A stretch of 64,000 nt of DNA. Origin: Terracidiphilus sp. (lineage in GTDB: Bacteria; Acidobacteriota; Terriglobia; Terriglobales; Acidobacteriaceae). The translations under genes were made by a program, and so were the position numbers. The stretch is taken from assembly GCA_049516495.1 (NCBI GenBank), contig JBEKTB010000001.1:13508-77507 (forward strand), in the 5' to 3' direction. The notes below the pieces were generated by a model. It saw nothing but the letters and a program-made list of their open reading frames with translations, was not told the DNA's origin and searched no databases. This document shows, in pieces, positions 1-9,598 of the stretch (the first letter of the stretch is position 1; each line of letters opens with the position of its first letter).

Positions 1-138
1 AGATGCGCCGGCTTCGCGGGCAAGACGGATGGCGCGTTCCAGCAGGGTTTCGTTGTCGTGCATCAGCAGTTGTTTGGGCTGGCCCAGACGGCGGCTGGCC
101 CCGGCGGCGAGAACGACGGCAGCAACAGGCATCGGCAT
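1..138 (-). CDS. MobA/MocA-like molybdenum-cofactor nucleotidyltransferase, first 46 codons only (gene runs off the left edge)
   Basis: Not in the ORF track (<60 aa). Reverse-strand translation from the ATG at 136-138 reads MPMPVAAVVLAAGASRRLGQPKQLLMHDNETLLERAIRLAREAGAS. This carries the LAAGxSxRxGxxK N-terminal signature of NTP_transf_3 (MobA/MocA) enzymes. Confidence 0.55.
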   Translation of the reverse strand, partial: MPMPVAAVVLAAGASRRLGQPKQLLMHDNETLLERAIRLAREAGAS

Positions 139-196
139 CAGTGTATCCCGGAATCCTTGACCGCGCTGCCGTGAACGCGCAAGACTGGAAACCTCG

Positions 197-1633
197 GTGG
201 ACAACCAGAGAACGAAAGGCGAATCGTTGAGCAACCAGACGAGCACGAGTGGCGAAGTGTACGCGCAGAAAGCCGCCGGGGAGAGCTATGGACTGCACGC
301 GGGCGTGCTGGGTCCCATTGAGACGCTGGCGCAGTCGGTGTCTGCGATGGCGCCTTCGACCTCCGCGTCGCTCACCATTCCCCTGGTTTTCGCGCTGGCC
401 GGAAACGCCACCTGGTTCGTCTATCTGCTGGCCACCGGGGCCACGTTGCTGGTGGGCTATTGCGTCAGCCGGTTCGCGCGGCTCTCGGCCTCGCCGGGAT
501 CGCTCTACACTTACACGGCGAGCACGCTGCCGCCGGTCTTCGGCGTGCTGGCCGCGTGGGGACTGCTGCTGGCCTACGTGGCTACCGGCGCATCGGTGGC
601 CGGAGGGGCGCTCTACTACGCGAACTTGTTGAGTCTCCAGTTTTTCCATTGGAGGCTGCCCGCGCTTCCCACGCTGGCCGTGGTTTGCGCCGTGGCCGCC
701 GTTGTGGCCTATCGCGATGTCAAGCTTTCCGCGGAGGTCATGCTTTGGATCGAGGCTGTTTCCGTTGGCCTCGTACTCATTGTTCTGGCGGCAATGGTGT
801 TTCGCTTCGGCTTTCGCCTGGACATGGATCAGTTCCGCCTGAAGGGCGTTTCCATCCCCGCGCTGGGGCCGGCGCTGGTGCTGTCGATGTTCAGCTTTGT
901 GGGCTTTGAGAGCGCCACCACTCTGGGCGGCGAAGCGCGCGAACCGCTGCGCACCATTCCACGCGCCGTGGTGCAGTGCGCCATTCTCGCCGGCGTGTTT
1001 TTCATGTTGTGCTCGTACTCCGAGGTGCTGGGATTCCGCGGCGAACCCGGAAAGCTCAGCGAATCGACCAGCCCGCTGCATCTGCTCGCGTCCAAGGCGG
1101 GCATCTCGCCTCTGGGCGTGGCCATCGATTTCGGCGCCGCGGTGAGCATGTTTGCCTGTGTGCTGGCCTGCACCACGGCAGCCGCGCGGGTGCTGATGCG
1201 CATGGCGCACGGAAAGCTGCTGCCCGCCGCCCTGGAGCGCACCAGCCAACGCCACGGCACGCCGGGGCGAGCGATTGCGCTTTCGGCGGGGCTGATGTTT
1301 GCGGCAACGGCGGCGCTTGCGCTGGGCAATGTTACCGGCTCCGACATGTACGACTGGCTGGGGTCGCTGTCGGTCTTCGGCTTTCTCACCTCCTACGCGC
1401 TGGTGGCCCTGGCCCTGCCGTTTGCGCGCCGGGCACTCGGCCAGCACTCGCACGCGGTTGCGGCCGTCAGCATGTTGACTGTCGCGGTGATGATTCTGAT
1501 TGTGATCTTCGATCTAGAGTCTGCGCCGGACGCCAATCACGCGCGGATTCCCTGGATCTATCTCGGTTACATCGCCGCTGGAGTGGCCTGGTATGGGCTG
1601 CGGCGCAAGCAGGCAGTTCCGCTCTCAGACTGA
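197..1633 (+). CDS. APC-superfamily amino acid permease
   Basis: 478-aa ORF (GTG start at 197; exact start uncertain). It is hydrophobic throughout with about 12 predicted TM stretches and has the typical APC N-terminal region (LGPIETLAQSVSAMAPSTS...). Confidence 0.8.
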   Translation: MDNQRTKGESLSNQTSTSGEVYAQKAAGESYGLHAGVLGPIETLAQSVSAMAPSTSASLTIPLVFALAGNATWFVYLLATGATLLVGYCVSRFARLSASPGSLYTYTASTLPPVFGVLAAWGLLLAYVATGASVAGGALYYANLLSLQFFHWRLPALPTLAVVCAVAAVVAYRDVKLSAEVMLWIEAVSVGLVLIVLAAMVFRFGFRLDMDQFRLKGVSIPALGPALVLSMFSFVGFESATTLGGEAREPLRTIPRAVVQCAILAGVFFMLCSYSEVLGFRGEPGKLSESTSPLHLLASKAGISPLGVAIDFGAAVSMFACVLACTTAAARVLMRMAHGKLLPAALERTSQRHGTPGRAIALSAGLMFAATAALALGNVTGSDMYDWLGSLSVFGFLTSYALVALALPFARRALGQHSHAVAAVSMLTVAVMILIVIFDLESAPDANHARIPWIYLGYIAAGVAWYGLRRKQAVPLSD

Positions 1634-1776
1634 AGCGCCACAGCCGTCCGCGCGTGCTACATTCAAGGTCAAATGACACCGCATTCAACGCCGGATGAAA
1701 TCCTCGCTGCACTGGGTTGCGGGTGGTCGTGCAGCGTCGTGGTGGAACCGCAAATAACCCTGCGGGGGAACAGATC

Positions 1777-2724
1777 ATGAAGGAACTTACGCTCTCCGCC
1801 CGGCCGACCCATTCCGTGTGGGACCGCTCGCTTGAGCCCCGGGTTTGCATCAAGCCGGGCGTCGAACTGCTGATCGAATGCCTGGATGCAAGCGGCGGCC
1901 AGGTGCGCCCAGGCATGAGCGTCGATGAGTTCGCCGGCATCGATCGCGCCCGCATTCATGCGCTTACCGGGCCCATCTGGGTCGAGGGCGCCGCGCCCGG
2001 GGATGTGTTGCAGATCGACGTGCTGTCGACGCGCCACGGTGGTTGGGGATGGACCAGCGTGGTCCCCGGGTTGGGCTTTCTGAAAGATCGATTTCAGAAG
2101 CCGTATCTTTTCCATTGGCAGCTTGACGGTGAGTCCACCAGTTCACTGGCGCCTGCGGTGGTCCCGGTGCGGCCTTTTCTGGGCGTGATGGGAGTGGCGC
2201 GCGCTGGCAGCGGAGCGTTTCGCACCCGCGAGCCCGGCTCGTTCGGCGGCAACCTCGACGTGCGCGAGTTGTGCGCCGGGTCCACGCTCTACCTGCCGGT
2301 CTACGTTCCCGGCGCGTTGTTCAGTTGCGGCGACGGCCACGCGGCGCAGGGCGACGGCGAGGTGTCGGTCAACGGTATCGAGTGTGCGCTGGATGTCACG
2401 CTCGGCTTCAAACTGCACGAAAGCCAGGCCCTGGGTGGCCCGCTGGTCGAGTCCTGCGATAGCACCGCGCCGGACGCGGTCGCCGATTCCTGGGTGGTGG
2501 TGGAGTCGGGAACCGATATTGCCGACACGGCGCGCGCTGCAACCAATCGCATGATCGATCTCCTGGTCAAGCGCTGGGGCTTCACCGAGATCCACGCCTA
2601 CATTTTGTGCAGCGTGGCCTTGAAGCTGCGTCTAAGCCAGGTGGTCAACGAACCGGCATATACGGTAAGCGCGGCGTTGAGCAGGCAGATTCTCCCGGCG
2701 CGCAAGCTGTTTCCGAGCCGCTGA
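1777..2724 (+). CDS. acetamidase/formamidase family amidase
   Basis: In-frame ATG at 1777 follows a GGGGGAA SD-like tract. The translation has FmdA/AmdA-family blocks (GNLDVRELCAGSTLYLPVYVPGALFSCGDGHAAQGDGEV). Confidence 0.8.
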   Translation: MKELTLSARPTHSVWDRSLEPRVCIKPGVELLIECLDASGGQVRPGMSVDEFAGIDRARIHALTGPIWVEGAAPGDVLQIDVLSTRHGGWGWTSVVPGLGFLKDRFQKPYLFHWQLDGESTSSLAPAVVPVRPFLGVMGVARAGSGAFRTREPGSFGGNLDVRELCAGSTLYLPVYVPGALFSCGDGHAAQGDGEVSVNGIECALDVTLGFKLHESQALGGPLVESCDSTAPDAVADSWVVVESGTDIADTARAATNRMIDLLVKRWGFTEIHAYILCSVALKLRLSQVVNEPAYTVSAALSRQILPARKLFPSR

Positions 2725-3232
2725 GCGAGGGGGCGGGTACGAGGGAACAGGGAACAGAAAAACACTCATGGCTGGCTCTTGAGCTTTTTCTCTATTTGTA
2801 TTTAGGAATTTCCCCGGCATGTTTCCGCGGTTCTCGGTCGGACGAAAATGCCCGCGATGAACATATCTCGGTGACGAACGGTGTGGAAAAGTGGGCCGAA
2901 TTATTTTGTGCCTGCGCCGCGCTTCACGATGCAAGACACCGCAAATGGCCGACAAGGCAAGTGGCATCACGCTTTTGCAGTCGCGATATGGGGTTGCCGG
3001 TGAAAGAGCTGTAAGAGAATCGTAAATATCAGGTTGAATTCTACGCGGTAAACGTTATTCTATTGGTACCTCGCAGTGCAAGCTGAACCAGTTCAACCAA
3101 CGAGTGCCACTCGAACGCGGTTCTGACTTTTCCTTTTTTGTTTGACCCAGAACCTCAGACTTCACATTCAACCCTGCGCTTTTTGAACACTCAAAAGACT
3201 GTGGGGAAATCCTTACTTCCGAGGCCTGTATC

Positions 3233-6200
3233 TTGAGATATTTTCTACATCGTGCTTCTACCCTGCTCCCACGGCTTCTCCTGGTCGTGGCAACCGTTAC
3301 GCTGTGTTGCTCCTATCTGTCGGCTCAGCAGACACTTGGCGGCATCACCGGGGAGGTCACGGACGCCTCTGGAGGCGTGATTCCCAACGCCGCGGTGACC
3401 GTGGTGGGAGAGCAGACGTCGTTGACGCGCACGGCCAAGACCAACGGTACCGGCAGCTATTCGTTTGTGAACCTGCCCATCGGTACCTATACGGTTACCT
3501 ACACGGCCGACGGCTTCGATATCCAGAAGACTCCGCACATCACGGTGCAGGCCGACCGCACGGCCACACTCAACGCCCAGCTTAAAGTGGCTGCGGCCAA
3601 GGGCGAAACCATTGAGGTGGAAGCCTCTCCGCTGATGAACGCCGTGGACACCACGGTGGGTTACGTAATGGACCCTCAGCAGATTGAGGCAGTGCCGCTG
3701 GCGACCGGCAGCTTTACCGGCCTGGCCACGCAGTCTACCGGAGTGAACGCGGAACTGGGCGGCGGAACAGGCGCGAATTCGGGCCTTGGAAACGCACCCA
3801 TCTGGGCCAACGGCCAAAGGGACACTTCGAACAGCTTCCTGTTGAACGGCGTAGACGCCAGCAACCTGTTCAACGGCAAGAGCACCAGCCAGGTGGCATC
3901 GGCGCGCGTGATCAACTCAACCGGCGTGCAGACCAGCCCCGGCGGTGGCGGAGGCGTCATTCCGTCGGCAGCCTCCATTTATCTCTCCATCGGCAACGCC
4001 ATCCCCACGCCCGCGCCTGAAACCATTGCGGAAGTTCGCGTCAACGCCTCCATGTACGACGCTCAGCAGGGTTCCACCTCCGGCGCGCACATCGACCTGA
4101 GCACCGCTTCGGGCACCAATAACCTGCATGGCACCACCTACGTTCACCGCGGGACGAGCTGGCTCAATGCTGCGCCGTTCTTCTTCAACCAGGATCCGGA
4201 CGTTCCGGCATACGACAAGGTTCCCGAACTGCATCGCTACGTGGCCGGCGGCACCCTCGGCGGTCCCATCGTCAAGGACAAGCTCTTCGCCTTCCTCGCC
4301 TATCAGCATCTCCATGCATCGGACCAGGAAATCGGCGACTCGTTTCTCGATGTTCCAGTGGGGCTGAGCGATGACCGCAGCGCTTCCGGCCTGGCGGCGC
4401 TTGCCAACAACTCCTTCGGTACCAGCCTGACCAGCGCCAATATCGATCCTGTGGCTCTGGTTCTGTTCAATTCCCCCTCACTCGCCGGCGAGCCCGGCAA
4501 GTGGCTGGTCCCCAACGACAGTCTCTACCCCAACGTTCCCACCGCGGCCCATCTCGACAACGCCTTCATCCCCGGCACGGGCCTGTTTACGGCGGACGTT
4601 GCCGTGGCCGACCTGGACTACGACGCCAGCAAGAGGGATACGCTTTCGCTCAAGTACTTCTACCAGCACGATCCGACCGTCTCGCCCTTTTCCTATTCGA
4701 GCGTCCCGGGCTTCACCGAGCACCTCGATTCCGGCGCACAGGTCGCCTCCGTAACAAACACCTTTATCGTGCGGCCCAACCTGAGCACCACCCAGACACT
4801 TGGCATTCTGCGCGAGAAGAACTGGGGCGACAACCAGCAGGCGTTCGGTCCCGGCTCCATCCCCGGCGGTTCTGCGGGAACCGGGTCCATCAATGTTTTC
4901 GGATCAAACTACTTTCCGGGCGTCTCCATCTACAACGTCCTGGGTCAATATCAGCCGGTCGGAATTCCCGCGCAGGCGGTTCTGAATATCGGTCCTAACG
5001 CGGAGTCGCAATCTGCCAACACCGGCGTCTTCCAGAACCGCCTGGCTCCTTCGGGTAACGCAATCTGGATTCTCGGCAAGCACACTGTCAGCTTTGGCGC
5101 GAGCTACACCTATACCCAGCTCAACACCATCGACAAGCGCACCGGCGCAGGCACCGTTGCCACGGACGACTTCAGCCAGATGCTGCAGGGCTACGTTCTT
5201 CCCGGCAGTTCGTCTTCAGGTTTCTATGTGACGTCGTTCCTGCAAGGCAACGCGAACCGCTATTATCGCGCCAACCAGCTCGGCACCTACGTGCAGGACA
5301 AGTACCAGATCACGCCGACCCTGTCGCTTACCGCCGGCATCCGCTATGACTGGGACGGCGGCCTCACGGAGAAGTACGGCCGCATCTTCAACTTCGATCC
5401 CAGCCTGTATAGCTACAATGTCGGTTCTGACTCCATCGACAATCCGGGATTGATCATCGCCGGCAACAACGCCAACGGCACCAAGGGCGTGAGTCCCACC
5501 ACCCTTACCGGCCGCCAGTGGGGCATTGGTCCCCGTGTCGGCGCAGCGTGGCAGCCCGAGATGTTCCACAGCAAAGTGGTGCTCCGCGCAGGTAGCGGCA
5601 TCTACTACGATCGCGGCGAACTGTTCAGCTACCTCTCGCCAGGTTACGCCATCGGCTCGGTAACCGGCGGCCCATTCGGCGTCAACCAGCAACTCCCCTT
5701 CGTCAATGCCACAACTTGCCCGTCGGCAACGCTTTACTACTACGAGAACTACCTGCCCACCTGCGGCGGTGGCGGCGGAGGTCCGGCGTCCGAGGGCAAT
5801 CTCGAGAATCCTTACGGCACCTCGCCGCTGCCTGCGCCCAGCAATCCGAAGGCCTCGGATCTGAGCAACTACCTCCCCAACGCCTACAGCATTCTGAACA
5901 CCGGCAGCGGGCTTCCGGGCGTGATCCACAACGGGGAGCCGGTTTCACTCGGAATCTACGATCGCGCCAACAAGCTGCCCTACACCATCAACTACACATT
6001 GGACGTCCAGTGGCAGCCGCGCAACGACGTGGCCATCGAACTCGGCTATGTTGGCAACCTGGGTCGCCATCAGATCATTCCGGTGCCCTTCAATCAACCG
6101 ATGATTGCCTCCCAGTCCAACCCTTCGCTCGGCGGCGGCGCCTATGCGCAGAGCTACAGCTACGGCTACAACGTCCAGGGGCCGTCGGGTTGCAACCCGA

Positions 6201-7237
6201 ATGTTTACGGATCATGCGCATCTCTCAACCTGCCCAACGGCCAGCCCTACCTGGCCAACTACGAGGGCGGCAATGTGGACCTACGCGTTCCCTACATCGG
6301 CTACGCGGCTGAATCCATTTCGTACAAGGCCGCTGGCGTCGATGCCTACAATGCCCTCCAGGCGCACGTTGACAAGCGCATGAGCCACGGCATCCAGGTT
6401 GGCGCGTCCTACACCTGGTCGCACGCCCTCGATGAGCAGAGCGGGCTGGGGCTTTTCTACAACGGCAACAATCCTCTCAACCTGCGCAGCGGCTACGGTT
6501 CGTCCGATTTCGACCGTACCCATGTCGTCAACTTCAGTTACGTCTACCAGCTTCCCAGCTTCGCCACAGAGCACTCCCTCGAAGGCAAGGTCATCGACGG
6601 ATGGTCGCTGGTGGGTGTGACTGTGCTGCAGAGCGGGCAGCCCTACAGCATCATTGACTTCTCCGGCTCGATCGGCAGCATCTACTATTCGACCTCGAAC
6701 GGGATCACCAACCCCGTCGTGCCGCTGGCGCAGGGCTGCACTGCCAAGAATGCCCTGACGCATGCCTCAGGCGCCTGGTTCGCCGTCACCGGCGTGTCGG
6801 CCTTGAAGCCGGAGTGCTTCACCATCCCACTGCTTCCGGCCGGCGGCCTGGGCGGCGCCATTCCCTCTTCCGATCCGTTTGAGACCGGCTTCACAACAGG
6901 CCAGCGCAACATCTTCCGCCAGGCCTTCCAAAAGCGCGCCGATGCTTCGCTGATCAAGACGCTGCCGATCAATGAGCGCTTCAACCTGAAGTACACCTTC
7001 GATGTGTACAACCTGACCAACACCACCAGCTTCGACGTTCCCGGCAACGAGGTGGCGCAGAACCAGTTCTACAACGCCTACCCGGTTACTGGAACGACTC
7101 CGCAGCCTACCGGTTGCGCCTCGAATGGCACCCAGACCAACACCAGCTTCTACAACTGCCCGTCGGGCCTGGGCATTGTCGGACACACCATCGGCAGTCC
7201 GCGCCAGATCCAGATGTCGCTGCATTTGGATTTCTAA
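3233..7237 (+). CDS. TonB-dependent receptor with N-terminal carboxypeptidase-regulatory-like domain (1334 aa)
   Basis: TTG start and a signal peptide ending ...SYLSAQQ. A CarboxypepD_reg block follows (GGITGEVTDASGGVIPNAAVTVVGEQTS...GSYSFVNLPIGTYTVTYTADGF). The body is long and Gly/Asn/Tyr-rich like a beta-barrel, and the protein ends ...MSLHLDF with the terminal aromatic residue typical of OM barrels. Confidence 0.85.
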   Translation: MRYFLHRASTLLPRLLLVVATVTLCCSYLSAQQTLGGITGEVTDASGGVIPNAAVTVVGEQTSLTRTAKTNGTGSYSFVNLPIGTYTVTYTADGFDIQKTPHITVQADRTATLNAQLKVAAAKGETIEVEASPLMNAVDTTVGYVMDPQQIEAVPLATGSFTGLATQSTGVNAELGGGTGANSGLGNAPIWANGQRDTSNSFLLNGVDASNLFNGKSTSQVASARVINSTGVQTSPGGGGGVIPSAASIYLSIGNAIPTPAPETIAEVRVNASMYDAQQGSTSGAHIDLSTASGTNNLHGTTYVHRGTSWLNAAPFFFNQDPDVPAYDKVPELHRYVAGGTLGGPIVKDKLFAFLAYQHLHASDQEIGDSFLDVPVGLSDDRSASGLAALANNSFGTSLTSANIDPVALVLFNSPSLAGEPGKWLVPNDSLYPNVPTAAHLDNAFIPGTGLFTADVAVADLDYDASKRDTLSLKYFYQHDPTVSPFSYSSVPGFTEHLDSGAQVASVTNTFIVRPNLSTTQTLGILREKNWGDNQQAFGPGSIPGGSAGTGSINVFGSNYFPGVSIYNVLGQYQPVGIPAQAVLNIGPNAESQSANTGVFQNRLAPSGNAIWILGKHTVSFGASYTYTQLNTIDKRTGAGTVATDDFSQMLQGYVLPGSSSSGFYVTSFLQGNANRYYRANQLGTYVQDKYQITPTLSLTAGIRYDWDGGLTEKYGRIFNFDPSLYSYNVGSDSIDNPGLIIAGNNANGTKGVSPTTLTGRQWGIGPRVGAAWQPEMFHSKVVLRAGSGIYYDRGELFSYLSPGYAIGSVTGGPFGVNQQLPFVNATTCPSATLYYYENYLPTCGGGGGGPASEGNLENPYGTSPLPAPSNPKASDLSNYLPNAYSILNTGSGLPGVIHNGEPVSLGIYDRANKLPYTINYTLDVQWQPRNDVAIELGYVGNLGRHQIIPVPFNQPMIASQSNPSLGGGAYAQSYSYGYNVQGPSGCNPNVYGSCASLNLPNGQPYLANYEGGNVDLRVPYIGYAAESISYKAAGVDAYNALQAHVDKRMSHGIQVGASYTWSHALDEQSGLGLFYNGNNPLNLRSGYGSSDFDRTHVVNFSYVYQLPSFATEHSLEGKVIDGWSLVGVTVLQSGQPYSIIDFSGSIGSIYYSTSNGITNPVVPLAQGCTAKNALTHASGAWFAVTGVSALKPECFTIPLLPAGGLGGAIPSSDPFETGFTTGQRNIFRQAFQKRADASLIKTLPINERFNLKYTFDVYNLTNTTSFDVPGNEVAQNQFYNAYPVTGTTPQPTGCASNGTQTNTSFYNCPSGLGIVGHTIGSPRQIQMSLHLDF

Positions 7238-7266
7238 GCCGGGTTGATTGCAAAGCAGGAACAAAA

Positions 7267-7298
7267 GGGCGGCCCGTCTGGGTCGCCCATTTGTTGCT
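7267..7298 (+). terminator. Rho-independent terminator after the TonB-dependent receptor gene
   Basis: GGGCGGCCC (7267-7275), loop GTCT, GGGTCGCCC (7280-7288). This is a 9-bp stem with one G-U pair, followed by ATTTGTTGCTT, 30 nt after the stop codon. Confidence 0.6.
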
Positions 7299-7388
7299 TC
7301 ATTGTGACTTGGTGGTCTGCACGATCCACCAATGCGACGGAATTACAGTCGCAAGGACGGGGCACGCAGCTTGACTAGGAAGTCCTGA

Positions 7389-7450
7389 TCCCTAATTCCT
7401 AACCCCCAGGTCCCTAACCCCTAGTCCCTAACCCCTAGTCCCTAACCCCT
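7389..7450. repeat. 14-bp tandem repeat GTCCCTAACCCCTA (3 near-perfect units at 7410-7450 plus about 1.5 degenerate units upstream); minus-strand reading GGGGTTAGGGAC
   Basis: Read directly: gtccctaacccctA gtccctaacccctA gtccctaacccct, preceded by atccctaattcctaaccccca. It overlaps the last about 7 codons and the TAG stop (7428-7430) of the deaminase gene. Confidence 0.85.
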
Positions 7451-7934
7451 CTTCTTCCCCGATATCCTCGTTCCAGACCTCGGGATGGGCGGCGATGTAA
7501 CCCTCCAGCAACTCGCGGCATTCGGCGTTGTCGAGGTCGATGACTTCGATGCCGTTTTCTTTCAGCCAACTGGTTCCACCCTGAAAGGTGCGACTCTCGC
7601 CCACCACCACCGTACCGATGCGGAACTGCCGCACCAGCCCGCTGCAATACCAGCAGGGAGCCAGAGTGGTGACCATCACCAGATCGCGATAGCTCTGCTG
7701 GCGGCCGGCGGCGCGGAAGGCGTCGGTTTCCCCGTGCGCACTGGGGTCGCCCTGCTGCACCCGCCGGTTGTGGCCCCGGCTCACCAGATTTCCCGCCCGG
7801 GTGAACAGGGCCGCGCCAATCGGAATGCCCCCTTCGGCCAATCCCGCGCGGGCCTCCTCCAGCGCCACGCCCAACATGCGTTCGTACCAACCTCTGTCCG
7901 TCACAAGATTCCTCGTATGTGAAGGATAAGGCAT
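7428..7934 (-). CDS. CDA-fold cytosine/nucleoside deaminase, yeast Fcy1-like
   Basis: The translation has the zinc motifs HGE (SAHGETDAF) and PCxxC (APCWYCSG). Its layout parallels yeast cytosine deaminase as I recall it: EEA..GGIPIGA..RGHN..Q..D....HGE, and a tail PEVWNEDIGEE versus yeast ...DWFEDIGE. The start at M36 (7934) was chosen by that alignment; there is no clear SD. Confidence 0.7.
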   Translation of the reverse strand: MPYPSHTRNLVTDRGWYERMLGVALEEARAGLAEGGIPIGAALFTRAGNLVSRGHNRRVQQGDPSAHGETDAFRAAGRQQSYRDLVMVTTLAPCWYCSGLVRQFRIGTVVVGESRTFQGGTSWLKENGIEVIDLDNAECRELLEGYIAAHPEVWNEDIGEEEGLGTRG

Positions 7935-8041
7935 CCAATCGGGCGTCCTTGCCCCATTTCTTGCCTTCACAGACGTCAAGCGCGGGTCTCTCGCCGCGCT
8001 CGCAGTACCGCGCAGCACCTTGACTTCGAGTGCGCTCAAAG

Positions 8042-8503
8042 ATGTACGGTGGAAGGGTGAGACAACTTGGATACACGATTCGAAGCATGGCCGAGCGTTG
8101 CGGCATGACTGCGCACACGCTTCGGTACTACGAGCGCGTGGGCCTCATTCAGCCGGTCGGGCGGGCACAGAACGGCCACCGGCGCTATTCCGAGGCGGAC
8201 GCGTGCTGGATTGACTTCCTGCATTGCATGAGGGCCACCAACATGCCCATCCGCGAGATGCAGCGCTACGCCGAGTTGCGCGAGCTGGGCGACTCGACCT
8301 CGCTCGAACGGCGCAGGATACTGGAGGATCACCAGGCCGAAATCGCCGCACAGATCGCCGCTCTCCAGCAGGCCCATGCTCTGCTCACTCACAAAATCGC
8401 CAACTATCGCAAGATCGAGCAGCGCATCCGCATCGGCGGCCCGGAGTCGGGGGTTCTGGAGCCGGAGCCCGATTGCGCCTGCGGGCTGGCGACAACCGCT
8501 TAA
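8042..8503 (+). CDS. MerR family transcriptional regulator
   Basis: N-terminal HTH block [42 protein letters not shown] followed by a coiled-coil dimerisation helix. It lies directly upstream of an aldo/keto reductase, a common pairing. Confidence 0.85.
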   Translation: MYGGRVRQLGYTIRSMAERCGMTAHTLRYYERVGLIQPVGRAQNGHRRYSEADACWIDFLHCMRATNMPIREMQRYAELRELGDSTSLERRRILEDHQAEIAAQIAALQQAHALLTHKIANYRKIEQRIRIGGPESGVLEPEPDCACGLATTA

Positions 8504-8514
8504 GGAAAGAACCG

Positions 8515-9504
8515 ATGAAGACACGCAGACTGGGCACAAACGGCCCCGAGGTGTCAGCCATTGGCCTCGGCTGCATGGGGATGAGCGAGTTTTACGGCGC
8601 GCGCAACGATCAGGAGTCGCTGGCCACAATTGAGCGTGCGCTCGAACTCGGCGTCAATTTTCTCGATACTTCCGACATTTACGGCCCGCACACCAACGAG
8701 GTGCTGGTAGGCCGGGCGCTCAAGGAGCGGCGCAGTCAGTTTTTTGTGGCCACCAAGTTCGGCGTTGTGCGCGACCCCAACAATCCCGCTCTTCGCGGCG
8801 TGGACGGCAGCCCGGCCTACGTGCGTACCTCGGTCGAGGCCAGCTTGCGCCGCCTGGGCATCGAGACCATCGATCTCTATTACCAGCACCGCGTGGACCC
8901 CAAGACGCCCATCGAGGAAACGGTAGGCGCCATGGCCCGTCTGGTCGAAGAGGGCAAGGTGCGGTTTCTGGGCCTGTCGGAAGCCGGCCCGGCAACCCTC
9001 GAGCGCGCCTGCCGCGTGCATCCCATCACCGCGCTCCAGACCGAATACTCGCTGTGGACCCGCGATCCGGAGCCGGAGATTCTGCCTGCCTGTCGGCGCC
9101 TGGGCGTAGCTTTTGTGGCGTACAGCCCCCTGGGCCGGGGCTTTTTGACAGGCGCCTTCAGAAGCGCCGCGGATTTTGAGGCCGGCGACTATCGCCGCCT
9201 CAGCCCGAGGTTCCAGGGTGAGAATTTTGCTCGCAATCTGGAACTGGTGGAGAAGGTGAAGCACCTGGCCGCGCAGGCCGGGGTGACCGCCAGCCAGCTT
9301 GCCCTGGCCTGGGTGCTGGCGCAAGGGGAAGACATTGTGCCCATTCCCGGCACCAAGCGCCGCAAGTATCTCGAATTGAATGCGGCGGCCGTGGATCTCT
9401 CGCTGGCTCCGGAACTGGTCCAGAATCTCCAGGAAATCTTTCCGCCTGAGGCAGTGGCCGGCGACCGGTATCCGGAGACGATGAAGGCGCTGCTCAACGC
9501 GTGA
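8515..9504 (+). CDS. aldo/keto reductase
   Basis: ATG at 8515 preceded by [37 protein letters not shown]...[13 protein letters not shown]...GLSEAGP is the AKR11/Tas-like signature. The longer ORF in the track (8224) is an upstream extension overlapping merR. Confidence 0.9.
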   Translation: MKTRRLGTNGPEVSAIGLGCMGMSEFYGARNDQESLATIERALELGVNFLDTSDIYGPHTNEVLVGRALKERRSQFFVATKFGVVRDPNNPALRGVDGSPAYVRTSVEASLRRLGIETIDLYYQHRVDPKTPIEETVGAMARLVEEGKVRFLGLSEAGPATLERACRVHPITALQTEYSLWTRDPEPEILPACRRLGVAFVAYSPLGRGFLTGAFRSAADFEAGDYRRLSPRFQGENFARNLELVEKVKHLAAQAGVTASQLALAWVLAQGEDIVPIPGTKRRKYLELNAAAVDLSLAPELVQNLQEIFPPEAVAGDRYPETMKALLNA

Positions 9505-9598
9505 GACCGCCGCGTTTCGATGCGGAATTTGCAGCCAATGAAGCTTATTCGCAGGCATGCGTGTGGGTGCGCGGCAATTTCTGCGCAACAATAGCCTT

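Noticed and set aside
3-230. 75-aa Arg-rich plus-strand ORF at the left edge
   Set aside because: It is antisense to a recognisable MocA-like N-terminus (1..138, minus). Its composition is typical of an out-of-frame reading of GC-rich DNA, and it has no SD.
7389-7450. CCCTAA repeats as a telomere or linear-replicon end
   Set aside because: There are only about 4 units, embedded between ordinary chromosomal genes and overlapping a CDS 3' end. It is an internal microsatellite, not a terminus.
8224-8514. N-terminal extension of the aldo/keto reductase ORF overlapping merR
   Set aside because: The AKR homology begins at MKTRRLG (ATG 8515 with an AAGGAAAGA SD). The upstream part is an out-of-frame reading of merR.
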